64,000 nucleotides of DNA from a candidate division WOR-3 bacterium (GCA_039804105.1 JBDRZU010000001.1:66602-130601), one strand, 5' to 3'; shown: positions 14,413 through 24,797, numbered from the stretch's first letter. Made by a program: numbers and translations. Notes: generated by a model from the sequence alone, not told the origin.

Positions 14413-16656
14413 ATGACAAAGAAAATACTTTTTTTTATATTAATTTCAAATTTATTCTTACCTCTATCTATTTACTCTGATGACTTTTATGGTTATGTTT
14501 TTGAAGAAGAAAAGAATGAGCCGTTAATGTTTTGTAATGTGTATGTGGTTAACAAAGAAAAAGAAATATTAAAAGGAGATCTTACAGATGAAACAGGTTT
14601 TTATATAATAAAAGATATTCCCTATGGAGAATATTATCTTATAGTTAACCTTATAGGTTTTCAGAGTGAAACATTAAAAGTTTATTCAAAAGGTGAGGAT
14701 CTAAAGGTAAAAAACAATTTCAAATTGAAAATAAAAAGTTTGGTTTATAAAGGAAGCGAAATTACAGCAGAAAGAAGTGAATTCAAAAATGAGATCTCTA
14801 TAAGTAAGAAAATTTATAAAAGGGAAGAATTAAAAATATCCGTTCCACTTGTTGAAAATGATATCATGAGATCTTTTCAATTACTCCCTTCTGTTACAGC
14901 ATCATCAGATTTTTCATCAGCACTTTATGTAAGAGGTGGAGCACCTGATCAAAACCTTATACTTTTTGATAATGCCTTAATATTTAATCCTTTTCATCTT
15001 GGTGGTCTTTTCTCAACATTTGAAATAAACTCTATAGACAATGTGACTTTTTATGCTGGTGGGTTTCCATCAAGTTTTGGAAACAGATTATCGTCTGTGA
15101 TAGATATGAAAAGCATTACTCCAAAAGAGGAAAAAAGTCACACGGTTATTGATGTATCAATGTTATCTTCAAAACTACATTTTCAGTCAAAAGTTTATAA
15201 AGGTTTTTCTTTTTTTGTTTCTTTCAGGAGGACATATTTTGATCAACTTCTAAAACTTATCAGATTCGATTTCCCATATTATTTTTATGATATCACTACC
15301 GCTTTAAATTATAGGATGAACGAAAAAAACAATTTAAAATTATCATTTTTTCTTGATCAGGATATACTTGATATAAATCTTGATACGGTTTCTGTTGCTG
15401 ATGTAAGATGGGGTAACAGGATGGTTTCTCTTGAACACTCTTTTCTTTTGAATAACAGTTCAAACATTGTTTCAAACATCTATTATTCAGATTATAAAAA
15501 CAGGATGGATTTTTTAAAATTGGTTCATATACATTCGTATATATATCAATATGGTGGGAAAACAAAATTTGAGAAAAAATTTGGTGAAAACAATTTTTAT
15601 ACTGGTTTTGAATTTTACAGGGATAGTTTTGATTATCTCTTTACGATTTCAGATACAGGTGAACTTTTAAATTTCAAAAACAATCCTTACTATTTTTCAA
15701 CATTTTTAAACTATTCTTATAAAAGAACTGGTTTTTATATTTTTGATTTTGGTATAAGGATAGACAGATACCAGTTCATCAGAAAATTTTTCCCAAATCT
15801 AAGAGGATCTTTCAAATACTTTATTGATCAGAATTCATCTTTTACTTTTAGTGTTGGTGATTATTATCAGTTTATAACTTCAGTAAAGCAGGAAACAGGT
15901 GATTTCTCTTCGATTTTTGGAGAAACATGGTTACCAGTGTCTGAAAATTTTGAACCTTTAAGATGTTTACATTACATAGCGGGATATGAAAAATGGTTTT
16001 CTAACGATTTATCTTTAAACTTTGAAATGTATTATAAAGATTATAAAAATCTTGTATACACAACTTTGATGGATATTTTTTATAATCTTGATGATCCTGT
16101 TAAAGGTTATAAAACTACAAAAGGTTATAGTGAGGGGTTTGAAATACTTTTGAAAAAAAGTTCTGGAAATCTTACAGGTTGGATCGGTTATTCGTATTCA
16201 AGGGTAAGGATGCTCAAAGATTCAATCTATTATCCGACCTACTATGATAGAACAAACTCTTTTATATTAAATATTTCCTATCTTTTAAAGAATGGAATAA
16301 ATTTTAATCTTGTGATAAACTATGGAAGTGGTTTACCTTATACTGCTGTCGTAGGTAAATATATGGATTATACATTCGATCCAATAACAGGTGAATATTA
16401 TAGAGGATGGTGGAGAGAAATAGAATCAGATTTCAATAGTGCAAGGTTTCCACCTTACAAAAGGGTTGATGTTGGAGTTTCAAAAAAGTTCAAATTCAAC
16501 AAGTTTAATCTTGGACTATCTTTGAATATAATAAACTTGTTCAACTTTAAAAATGTATATTTTTACTATTACGATCATTCTGTTTCTCCATCAAGAAGAG
16601 AGGATTTTACCATGTTCCCTATAATTCCAACAGTTGGAGTTCAATGTGAGTTTTAA
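14413..16656 (+). CDS. TonB-dependent receptor with an N-terminal CarboxypepD_reg-like domain
   Basis: Signal peptide. Carboxypeptidase-regulatory-like domain (YGYVFEEEKNEPLMFCNVYVV...GEYYLIVNLIGF). Plug motif LYVRGGAPDQNLILFDNALIFNPFHLGGLFS. Barrel ends ...VGVQCEF (terminal Phe). Confidence 0.85.
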   Translation: MTKKILFFILISNLFLPLSIYSDDFYGYVFEEEKNEPLMFCNVYVVNKEKEILKGDLTDETGFYIIKDIPYGEYYLIVNLIGFQSETLKVYSKGEDLKVKNNFKLKIKSLVYKGSEITAERSEFKNEISISKKIYKREELKISVPLVENDIMRSFQLLPSVTASSDFSSALYVRGGAPDQNLILFDNALIFNPFHLGGLFSTFEINSIDNVTFYAGGFPSSFGNRLSSVIDMKSITPKEEKSHTVIDVSMLSSKLHFQSKVYKGFSFFVSFRRTYFDQLLKLIRFDFPYYFYDITTALNYRMNEKNNLKLSFFLDQDILDINLDTVSVADVRWGNRMVSLEHSFLLNNSSNIVSNIYYSDYKNRMDFLKLVHIHSYIYQYGGKTKFEKKFGENNFYTGFEFYRDSFDYLFTISDTGELLNFKNNPYYFSTFLNYSYKRTGFYIFDFGIRIDRYQFIRKFFPNLRGSFKYFIDQNSSFTFSVGDYYQFITSVKQETGDFSSIFGETWLPVSENFEPLRCLHYIAGYEKWFSNDLSLNFEMYYKDYKNLVYTTLMDIFYNLDDPVKGYKTTKGYSEGFEILLKKSSGNLTGWIGYSYSRVRMLKDSIYYPTYYDRTNSFILNISYLLKNGINFNLVINYGSGLPYTAVVGKYMDYTFDPITGEYYRGWWREIESDFNSARFPPYKRVDVGVSKKFKFNKFNLGLSLNIINLFNFKNVYFYYYDHSVSPSRREDFTMFPIIPTVGVQCEF

Positions 16657-17368
16657 AAAATTTTTATTTATGATATCTATAATTGTTATGCTTTCCTGTT
16701 CGATAGTAGAAAAAGGAGAGTACAACACAACATATTATATTTTTTCAGTTTTGAAAGTAGGAGATGACAGGATAAGAGTTATTGTTGATTCAACTCTTTC
16801 GATAAAAGATTCGTTGAACTCAGAGAACAATTTTGTTTTGGATGCGATCGTTAAAATAAATGGGAACACTGCTTACGTTGAAACTCTTGATGTTGATAGT
16901 ACTGGCTATAAATATGTATATCTATTAAATGAAGAAGTGTTATCTGAAAAGAACTATGAGATAGAGGTAAGAGTTGATGATAAAAGTTTCAAAGCGAAAA
17001 CTTTCACTCCAAAACATCTGGATTTTTTAATATACTCAGATTCTTCACAACTAAAAATTGATAGTTCTCTTATCTTAATCTGGAACAGTTCTGGTATCGG
17101 GTTTTATATGGTTCAGATAAACCAAAAGAATGAGTATGGAAGTTTTTATCTGTTTCAAACTGGTATTGAGAATGATACTTTTCTTCCACTTTTCAACATT
17201 TCATATCTTTTCCCAGATAGTGGAACTTATGATTTTTTTGTGATCTCTTGTGATTCTTCATATTTCAAATATATGACCGATGAAAAGTTCTCATCTTTTG
17301 AGAATGGGTATGGTTTATTCGGTAGTGTGTCTGTTGGGGTTTTGAAAGATGTGAAACTTTTTAAGTGA
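16646..17368 (+). CDS. DUF4249-like lipoprotein (usual partner of CarboxypepD_reg-type TonB receptors)
   Basis: Signal sequence with a lipobox-like ...IVMLSCS. C-terminal FENGYGLFGSVS motif resembles the GxFG end of DUF4249. Lies immediately downstream of the receptor. Start is ambiguous (TTG 16634, GTG 16646 or ATG 16670). Confidence 0.6.
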   Translation: MSFKKFLFMISIIVMLSCSIVEKGEYNTTYYIFSVLKVGDDRIRVIVDSTLSIKDSLNSENNFVLDAIVKINGNTAYVETLDVDSTGYKYVYLLNEEVLSEKNYEIEVRVDDKSFKAKTFTPKHLDFLIYSDSSQLKIDSSLILIWNSSGIGFYMVQINQKNEYGSFYLFQTGIENDTFLPLFNISYLFPDSGTYDFFVISCDSSYFKYMTDEKFSSFENGYGLFGSVSVGVLKDVKLFK

Positions 17369-17376
17369 GAGATTTT

Positions 17377-19728
17377 ATGAAAAAGTTTATTAAAAATTTT
17401 TTCTTTTTTTTCATCATTTTTTTACTTTTCTGTAACTTTTCAGTTGAAAAAAAGAAGAAGCAACTTTTAAAGGAAAGCGAAAAATATGATCTTAAAGTTT
17501 GGGCAGAGTTCATTTTAAAAAACTCGGAAGACGTTGACATTTTGAATTTCAACAGAAATAATTTTATAAACAACCTTCTTGCATTAAGGGAAAATTTGAA
17601 AAGAGTGACTTGGAAAGACAAGATAGATGATTCATTACTTTTTCATTATGTTATCCCTTTGAGAGTATCACAGGAACCCCTTGAGAATTTTTATGAGATT
17701 TACAAAGACACACTCTATGAACTTGTAAAAAATCTTTCGATGAGGGATGCCGTATTTAAAATAAACGAATGGTGTTATACAAAAATCGAGTATAAGCCAA
17801 CAGAACCATACGATCAGAACGCTCTCACAACATTAAGAAGAGGTTTTGGAAGATGTGAAGAGATGATGATTTTGTTCATAAAATCGTTAAGAACTGTTGG
17901 GATTCCTGCAAGAGAAGCGTATACACCTTACTGGCCATTTACAAACAGTAACCATGCATGGTGTGAAGTTTGGGTTGATGGTAAGTGGTATTTTTTAGGT
18001 GGAGCAGAACCATCAGATCTTAACAACTCATGGTTTAAAGATGAAGTTAGAAGAACAGGTGTTGTTCTTTCTCCAGTTTTTGGTAAAGGTCAAAACGGTT
18101 TTGATATTTTGAATGTATCAAAAAATTATTTTTCTCCTGTAAAGTTGAAAATAAAAGGTGAGAAGAATGGCATTGTTTCAGTTTCAGTTTTTAATTTTTC
18201 TGGATTGTTACCAATACTTATAGATACACTTTTAGATAGTATGGAGTTTGAACTAGGGAAAAATTCATATTTTTTGTTTGGTTATAGAGAGGGGAAAATC
18301 GCCTATCAAGTAGTCGATCTTTTTTCTGATACAACAATCTATCTACGATTTGATAAAGATGGTGTTGAAGATATGTCTTTTGTTTTAAAAGTATCGGATG
18401 TTGAAAAAGAGGGAAAAGATGTTTTTTATAATCCGAACTTTGATTCTTTGAACATTATAAGAAAAGATAATTTTGAGAAACTTGAATATAAAGATGATAC
18501 AAAAGATAGTTTGTTAAACAGGATACTTAAGGAATCAAGGGGAAATTTCCAAACAATTTTGAGATTTTATGAAATCCTTAATGATGATCAAAAAATTATT
18601 TTTAAAACATTTTTGAAAAATTTTTCATCAAAAGATCTTGTTTCTCTTGATACTGTTGGACTATACAAAGAGATAAAAGTGATAAATTTTCCCATAAAAG
18701 GTTTTGATGACAGTATAGTTGAAGATTATATAATATCACAAAGGATCAATTATGAACCTGTAAGTTTTTACAGGCATGAACTTTTAAAGAGGTTTAAGAA
18801 ATTTAAAGACTCTGATCCTGAAAAGATATATGAAAAAATTTCTGATTGGATTGAAAAAAATATTAAAGATGATAATTCAAAGAATTTTTATAAAACTATT
18901 AAAACACCCCTTGAAACTTACATTCTAAAAAAAGGTAGTGAACTTGAAAAAAATATTTTGAAAGTTGCAATAATGAGGAGTTTGAATATTCCAGCGAAAC
19001 TTAATTGGGATATGAAAATAGTTTCATTCTATAGTCAAAATGGGTGGGTTGACAAAAGTTTGGAAGAAAGAAAAAATTTTAAAAAGTTTGTTTTTCTGAA
19101 ATTTTATGAGAATGGTAAAAATGTATCGAAAGAAAAAAATATTTATGAGGACTATTCGATTGAAAAGTTTGTAAATAATCCTGATATATTTGAACCTGAG
19201 ATAGTTGAAAATTCTGATTCCTTAATAAAAATCGAACTCGATGATAACAATTATTACCTCATATATGGATTAAGAGACAAAACAGGTTCATCTTTTGGAT
19301 ATATCAAAAAAATAATTTCTGATACGATGAATGTTTCTCTCGATAGTTTAAAAAATTTTTTAATTTCCCCAAATCTGACTTTTAAAAGTTTTAAGAATTT
19401 TCAAAAACTCTTAACCTTTAAAACTGTTAACGATGTAAAGAAATTGTTGTTATTTCTTGACTTGAACAATGAAGAATCCATTTCTACCTTTCTTAACAAT
19501 AAAGAGTTTATAAAAAAATTTGATGGTTTTGTTTTTATTTTTGTAAACAAAGACGATGAACTTTTAAAAGGTTTTGGAAACGAAAAGATAGCAGTTTTTA
19601 AAGTGTCAAAAGATCTTTTTAAAGATTTTGATGTTAATGTGCTTCCAACCATTATCGTTCTTGATGGTGAAAAAACTATTTTCTGGATAGAGGGCTTAAA
19701 CCTTAATTTAAAAAATTTTATCAAATAA
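17377..19728 (+). CDS. Secreted transglutaminase-like cysteine-protease-fold protein with a thioredoxin-fold-like C-terminus
   Basis: Signal peptide MKKFIKNFFFFFIIFLLF. Transglutaminase core RGFGRCEEMMILF (Cys) and NHAWCEVWVDGKWYFLGGAEP (His). C-terminal LPTIIVLDGEKTIFWIEG resembles a thioredoxin-like fold lacking CxxC. Confidence 0.8.
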   Translation: MKKFIKNFFFFFIIFLLFCNFSVEKKKKQLLKESEKYDLKVWAEFILKNSEDVDILNFNRNNFINNLLALRENLKRVTWKDKIDDSLLFHYVIPLRVSQEPLENFYEIYKDTLYELVKNLSMRDAVFKINEWCYTKIEYKPTEPYDQNALTTLRRGFGRCEEMMILFIKSLRTVGIPAREAYTPYWPFTNSNHAWCEVWVDGKWYFLGGAEPSDLNNSWFKDEVRRTGVVLSPVFGKGQNGFDILNVSKNYFSPVKLKIKGEKNGIVSVSVFNFSGLLPILIDTLLDSMEFELGKNSYFLFGYREGKIAYQVVDLFSDTTIYLRFDKDGVEDMSFVLKVSDVEKEGKDVFYNPNFDSLNIIRKDNFEKLEYKDDTKDSLLNRILKESRGNFQTILRFYEILNDDQKIIFKTFLKNFSSKDLVSLDTVGLYKEIKVINFPIKGFDDSIVEDYIISQRINYEPVSFYRHELLKRFKKFKDSDPEKIYEKISDWIEKNIKDDNSKNFYKTIKTPLETYILKKGSELEKNILKVAIMRSLNIPAKLNWDMKIVSFYSQNGWVDKSLEERKNFKKFVFLKFYENGKNVSKEKNIYEDYSIEKFVNNPDIFEPEIVENSDSLIKIELDDNNYYLIYGLRDKTGSSFGYIKKIISDTMNVSLDSLKNFLISPNLTFKSFKNFQKLLTFKTVNDVKKLLLFLDLNNEESISTFLNNKEFIKKFDGFVFIFVNKDDELLKGFGNEKIAVFKVSKDLFKDFDVNVLPTIIVLDGEKTIFWIEGLNLNLKNFIK

Positions 19729-19737
19729 GGAGGGAGT

Positions 19738-19956
19738 ATGGATTGTCCTCATATCGATCGCTGTCCTTTTTTTAATGATAGGTTGAAAGATATGCCTTCA
19801 ATGAGTAACATCTACAAAAGAAACTATTGTAAAAAAGATTATGAAAAATGTGCAAGGTTTAGAGTTTCCGCTGCTATCGGGAAAGAGAATGTTCCACTTG
19901 ATCTTTTTCCAAACCAGGAAGAAAAAGCAGAGAAAATAATAAGGGAGTTCAAGTGA
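19738..19956 (+). CDS. Small cytoplasmic Cys4 protein (C-x5-C ... C-x6-C), function unknown
   Basis: 72-aa ORF behind a strong SD (AAGGAGGGAGT-ATG). Sequence MDCPHIDRCPFFNDRL...NYCKKDYEKCARF. No signal peptide. Confidence 0.55.
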   Translation: MDCPHIDRCPFFNDRLKDMPSMSNIYKRNYCKKDYEKCARFRVSAAIGKENVPLDLFPNQEEKAEKIIREFK

Positions 19957-19995
19957 TAAATTCTTTGATTTGTTTACACAAAGTTTAACTTAATA

Positions 19996-20024
19996 TTGAA
20001 TATTTATTTATTTTCTGTTATCAT
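19996..20024 (+). promoter_or_regulatory. Sigma70-type promoter upstream of clpC (TTGAAT-N17-TATCAT)
   Basis: TTGAAT at 19996-20001, a 17-nt spacer, TATCAT at 20019-20024, then a GGAG SD and the ATG at 20048. Confidence 0.4.
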
Positions 20025-20047
20025 ATATATTTAAAAATAGGAGATGT

Positions 20048-22522
20048 ATGGAATTGAATTTTTCAAGAAGGATGAGTATTATTTTGAAAAAGAGTGAACA
20101 GCGAACGAGGGGGCTTAACAGGTCAAAAGTTGAACCGTATGATATTCTTTTGACGATTATTTCTGATAGGGATCTTGCAACGAACAATTATATTATAAAT
20201 TCAACAAAAAGTAAAAATCCAGAGGTTTTAGATATCTTAAAAGGTATCTTAAGACAGTATGTAAGAAAAAATGAAGAGAACATTGACAATATAACCTTTG
20301 ATGTTACAGATTCTGAGGAAACAAAAAGGGTTTTCAACGAAGCGGAAAAGATCGCACTTGAAAATGGAGAGGTATATATTGAACCAGAGCATTTTGTGAT
20401 TGCGATTTACCATTTAAATCAAGAATCGAAAGAATCCCTCGACTCAATAGGTTTCAGTATTCAAACATTTAAAAATCTTGTTAAAAATCCAAGTTTTAGA
20501 ATGAAAATAAAAGATGAGGAAGAAAAAAGTGGAATAGGATTGGATGAAACTAGTCCAACACCACTTGCAGATTATCTATGTAAGGATTTAACAAAACTTG
20601 CAAAGGAAAATAAACTCGATCCTGTATACGGTAGAGAAGAGGAGATCGCAAGAATAATTCAAATTCTTGGTAGAAGGAAAAAAAATAATCCTGTTCTTAT
20701 TGGAAAACCTGGTGCAGGGAAAACTGCAATAGTTGAAGCCCTTGCTGATAGAATCGTTAAAAATATGGTTCCCGAAAATCTTAGAAATAAAAGGATTCTC
20801 TCTCTCGATGTAGGAATGCTTGTAGCTGGAACAAAATATAGAGGCCAATTTGAAGAAAGATTGAAAAATCTGATAAAAGAAATCGAAGAGAACAAAAATA
20901 TAATTCTTTTTATAGACGAACTCCATGTGATAATAGGTACAGGTGCAGCAGAGGGTTCAATAGATGCTGCAAATATGTTAAAACCACAACTTTCCAGAGG
21001 TGATATACAGTGTATTGGTGCGACAACTCTTTCGGAGTATCATAAATATATTGAAAAGGATGGTGCTTTAGAAAGAAGGTTTCAGCCAGTTGATATAAAA
21101 GAGATGACACCTGAAAAAACTCTTGAAGTTCTATACCATATAAAAAACAAATATGAAGATTTTCACAATGTTGAATATACAGATGATGCTTTAAAGAGTG
21201 CTGTTTATCTATCTGAGATTTATATAACAGATAGAGTGTTACCTGATAAAGCGATTGATGTTATAGACGAAGCAGGTTCAAAAGTCAACATGGATTTTTC
21301 TTTCAGAATAAACAAACAGATTGAGATTTTAAACAACGAACTGAATGAAACCATAAGAGAAAAAGAATATTTCACTTCTGTTAACAAATTCAAACTTGCA
21401 GGAGAAAAGAGAACAAAACAACTTGAAATTGAAGAAAAGATAAGACAGTTGAAAGAGGGGATATCAAAAAGAACCAACAGATTGAAAGTAAACGAAAAAA
21501 TAGTAAAAGAGGTTATTTCACAATGGACTGGAATACCTGTTGATAAACTCAATATGGATATACAAAATGATTTGATCAAATTAGAGCAGGAGTTTAGAAA
21601 GGATATAGTTGGACAGGAACATGTGATTACAAAGGTTTCAAAAGCGATAAAATTAACACTCCTTGGGATAAAGGATCCTGTAAAACCAAGAATTTCAATG
21701 TTATTCTTAGGTCCATCTGGTGTAGGAAAAACCTTTTTTGCAAAGAAAATTGCTCAGATTCTTTTCACAAAGAAAGATTCTTTTATGAGATTTGATATGT
21801 CAGAATATTCATTAGAGCATGAAGTTCAAAAGTTAATCGGATCACCTCCAGGATATGTAGGATATGAAGAAGGTGGAAGGTTGACAGAGTTTGTCAAAAG
21901 AAATCCTTTTTCACTCCTTCTTTTTGATGAGATAGAAAAGGCACATCCAAATGTTTACAATATCTTTTTACAGATACTTGATGATGGAATTTTGACCGAT
22001 TCATACCATCGAACGATAGATTTTAAGAACACGATTATAGTTTTTACTTCAAACATTGGAACATCAGAAAATATTTTCAAAAAAGATATAGGTTTTTCAG
22101 AAAAGGATTATGATGAAGAAAAATTCCAGAAAGCTATCATGGAAGAAGTAAAAAAGAATTTCAGAACAGAATTTTTGAACAGGTTGGATATGATAATAGT
22201 ATTCAACAGTTTAACTGAAGAGAACATAAAAGAGATAACATTTAAAAATTTACAGAAACTCTCTGAAATCTATTCAAAAAAAGGTTATAATATATCATTC
22301 TCCCATAGAGTGGTTGATTATCTTTCAAAAAAAGGATTTGATAGAAATTTTGGAGCAAGAAATGTTTCAAGGGTTATACAGGAAAATATCGAAAATTATA
22401 TAACCGATGAGATACTTCATGATAAATTTACCACACACAATGAAATCTTTTTTGATGTCGTAAACGACAGGATACAGGTTTTTTATGGAGAGATCATAAA
22501 ACAGCGTGAGGAGGAAAATTGA
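20048..22522 (+). CDS. clpC: ATP-dependent Clp protease ATP-binding subunit (ClpC-type, two AAA+ modules)
   Basis: Clp_N-like N-domain. Walker A motifs GKPGAGKTA and GPSGVGKTF. Short coiled-coil middle domain. 824 aa. Confidence 0.9.
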   Translation: MELNFSRRMSIILKKSEQRTRGLNRSKVEPYDILLTIISDRDLATNNYIINSTKSKNPEVLDILKGILRQYVRKNEENIDNITFDVTDSEETKRVFNEAEKIALENGEVYIEPEHFVIAIYHLNQESKESLDSIGFSIQTFKNLVKNPSFRMKIKDEEEKSGIGLDETSPTPLADYLCKDLTKLAKENKLDPVYGREEEIARIIQILGRRKKNNPVLIGKPGAGKTAIVEALADRIVKNMVPENLRNKRILSLDVGMLVAGTKYRGQFEERLKNLIKEIEENKNIILFIDELHVIIGTGAAEGSIDAANMLKPQLSRGDIQCIGATTLSEYHKYIEKDGALERRFQPVDIKEMTPEKTLEVLYHIKNKYEDFHNVEYTDDALKSAVYLSEIYITDRVLPDKAIDVIDEAGSKVNMDFSFRINKQIEILNNELNETIREKEYFTSVNKFKLAGEKRTKQLEIEEKIRQLKEGISKRTNRLKVNEKIVKEVISQWTGIPVDKLNMDIQNDLIKLEQEFRKDIVGQEHVITKVSKAIKLTLLGIKDPVKPRISMLFLGPSGVGKTFFAKKIAQILFTKKDSFMRFDMSEYSLEHEVQKLIGSPPGYVGYEEGGRLTEFVKRNPFSLLLFDEIEKAHPNVYNIFLQILDDGILTDSYHRTIDFKNTIIVFTSNIGTSENIFKKDIGFSEKDYDEEKFQKAIMEEVKKNFRTEFLNRLDMIIVFNSLTEENIKEITFKNLQKLSEIYSKKGYNISFSHRVVDYLSKKGFDRNFGARNVSRVIQENIENYITDEILHDKFTTHNEIFFDVVNDRIQVFYGEIIKQREEEN

Positions 22523-24789
22523 AAAAATTTTATCTGGTTTTTCTATTTGTTTTTGTTTCAACATTTTTGTTTTCACAGAATATTATATCTGAAAGGATTT
22601 TTGATATTGAAGTTGAAGGAAATAATTTTACTTCAAAAGAATTTATAATCAATAGATCAGGTATTTACATTGGTTCTCCACTCACAGATAAAGATATCGA
22701 AAATGGAATAAAAAATCTTTTTTCAACAGGTTTTTTCCAGCAGGTTGAAATTACAAACGAGAAAAAAGATTTTAAAGATATTGTAAAGATTCTTGTTGTT
22801 GAAAATTTGAGGTTAAAAAAAATAGTTTTGAAAGGCAATAAAAAAGTTAAAGAAAAAGAATTGTTGGATTCTCTAACAGTGAAAGAGAATGATTTTTTAA
22901 ATGACTACGCTATTTTTAAAATAAAAAGGGAGTTGAAAAATATATATTTTAAAAAAGGATTTTTAAATGTTCAAATAAACGATTCTCTTGGGGAAGCGGA
23001 AAATGGACAGGTTAACCTTTTTATTTTTATCAAAGAGAATGAGTCTGTCAGGATAAAAAAGATTGAAATAATCGGAAATTATAAAGTTACCGATAAAGAG
23101 ATAAAATCAAAGATGAAAACGAAAGAAAAAGGTTTTTTACAGGACGGACTCTTCAAAGAGGATGATTTTGAAGAGGATAAAATTTTGATAGTAAATATTT
23201 TAAAGGATAAAGGATTTATCGATGCGACACTTGACTCGGTTGTTAAAGAATATTCTTACGATAATAGATTTTTATTTTTAAGAATATATGTTAGTTTAAA
23301 CAATTTTTATAAGGTTGGAGAGATCTCTTTTTCAGGAAATGAAAATCTAAAATCTAACGAAATCGCAAAGCAGATTAAAATCAAGGAAGGTGAACCTTAC
23401 TCTTATAGCAAGGTTAGTTCGACATTGTCGGCAATCTATGAAATGTATATGGATAGAGGATATATAAATGTAAATGTAAGAGAGGAGTATCTAAGAAAAG
23501 ATGGAGTTTTGGATATCGATTTTAAAATAGTTGAAAACAAACTCGCTTACATCAATGAGATAATAATATCAGGTAATGAAAAAACAGAAGATTTTGTTAT
23601 CAGAAGAGAGATCCTTTCAAAACCAGGGGATATATTTAAAAGAAAGGATCTTGTTTTGAGTTTTTCAAATCTTTCAAGAACAGGGTATTTTGAGAATGTT
23701 CAGATAAATCCAAAACAGACAGAATCGGAAGAAAAGGTGAATATCGAGTTTTTAGTCAAAGAGAAACAAACCGGAGAGTTTAACATAGGTGGTTCATACA
23801 ATCAGGTTGATGGACTTACAGGAAACATAACCATAAAAATAAAGAATATTCTTGGAAAGGGATTATCTACAGAGTTTTTGCTTGAAAAGGGAGCCTCGAT
23901 ATCGAATTTCTCATTCAGTTTTACCGAGCCATATCTTTTAGGATATCCTGTTGTCGTGGGAACAAGAGTATACTTTACAACAAAGGATAGAACATACTAT
24001 TACGATCGAAGGATAGGAGGTAGTTTAACAACAGGGTTCTTTTTATCTGAGAGGTTGATGACAAGATTTTATACAACATACAAACTTGAACAGGTCTATA
24101 CCTATGCAGATTCTTCATATCTTTCAGTTCTCGATCCATGGATAAAACAGTTTTTGGGTGATAAAAGAATCCTTTCAGAAATATCACCATCAATCGTAAG
24201 AGATTCCCGAAACAGTGATTTTTTCCCTGATAACGGTGAACTCATGGGTGTTTATACAGGTTTTGCTGGAGGATATTTAGGTGGACAGATAGATTATTAT
24301 AAAATGAATCTTGATTTTAGAATCTATAGAAAACTTTTCTGGAAGTTTGTGATAATGGAAAGGTTCGCTTATGGATTCATCGACTCATACAAAGATATAG
24401 AAAACATTCCTCTATCTGAAAGGTTTGTTCTCGGGGGTGTTGGGAATTGGGGACTCAGAGGTTATCCAGATCGAAGCATAGGTTATGCTATTGATGGATA
24501 TGTCGTTGGTGGAAGGGGAGCGATGCTTTTAAATTCTGAATTGAGATTCCAGTTGAACGAGATGGCATATCTTATACTTTTCTTTGATATTGGGAACAGT
24601 TATAACAGCATTTCTGAAGGATTTAAAAATAGGTTCCTCCCACTCTATTCGGGTATGGGTCTTGGGGTAAGATTACAGATACCGATGGTTGGAATTATGG
24701 GTATTGACCTGGGTTATGGATTCTCGAAAACTGAAAATGGATACGGACAGAGATGGGAACCTCATTTCCAGATAGGAACATCTTTTTAG
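22519..24789 (+). CDS. bamA: Outer membrane protein assembly factor BamA
   Basis: Signal peptide, repeated POTRA-like modules, and a C-terminal Omp85 barrel ending ...HFQIGTSF. TTG start behind a GAGGAGG SD. Confidence 0.9.
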   Translation: MKKFYLVFLFVFVSTFLFSQNIISERIFDIEVEGNNFTSKEFIINRSGIYIGSPLTDKDIENGIKNLFSTGFFQQVEITNEKKDFKDIVKILVVENLRLKKIVLKGNKKVKEKELLDSLTVKENDFLNDYAIFKIKRELKNIYFKKGFLNVQINDSLGEAENGQVNLFIFIKENESVRIKKIEIIGNYKVTDKEIKSKMKTKEKGFLQDGLFKEDDFEEDKILIVNILKDKGFIDATLDSVVKEYSYDNRFLFLRIYVSLNNFYKVGEISFSGNENLKSNEIAKQIKIKEGEPYSYSKVSSTLSAIYEMYMDRGYINVNVREEYLRKDGVLDIDFKIVENKLAYINEIIISGNEKTEDFVIRREILSKPGDIFKRKDLVLSFSNLSRTGYFENVQINPKQTESEEKVNIEFLVKEKQTGEFNIGGSYNQVDGLTGNITIKIKNILGKGLSTEFLLEKGASISNFSFSFTEPYLLGYPVVVGTRVYFTTKDRTYYYDRRIGGSLTTGFFLSERLMTRFYTTYKLEQVYTYADSSYLSVLDPWIKQFLGDKRILSEISPSIVRDSRNSDFFPDNGELMGVYTGFAGGYLGGQIDYYKMNLDFRIYRKLFWKFVIMERFAYGFIDSYKDIENIPLSERFVLGGVGNWGLRGYPDRSIGYAIDGYVVGGRGAMLLNSELRFQLNEMAYLILFFDIGNSYNSISEGFKNRFLPLYSGMGLGVRLQIPMVGIMGIDLGYGFSKTENGYGQRWEPHFQIGTSF

Positions 24790-24797
24790 GAGGTTTG

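Noticed and set aside
19957-20047. Heat-shock operators (CIRCE or CtsR boxes) upstream of clpC.
   Set aside because: There is no TTAGCACTC-N9-GAGTGCTAA element and no tandem GGTCAAA heptads in the 91-nt leader. Only a sigma70-like promoter is visible.
24753-24797. Upstream start codons offered by the ORF track: 24753 for skp, 34012 for mtaB, 46029 for typA, 43954 for pepF, 1809 for rnfG and 9885 for the secreted protein.
   Set aside because: The extensions overlap the preceding gene, use TTG or GTG, and add residues ahead of canonical N-termini or signal peptides. Downstream ATGs have proper SD spacing.
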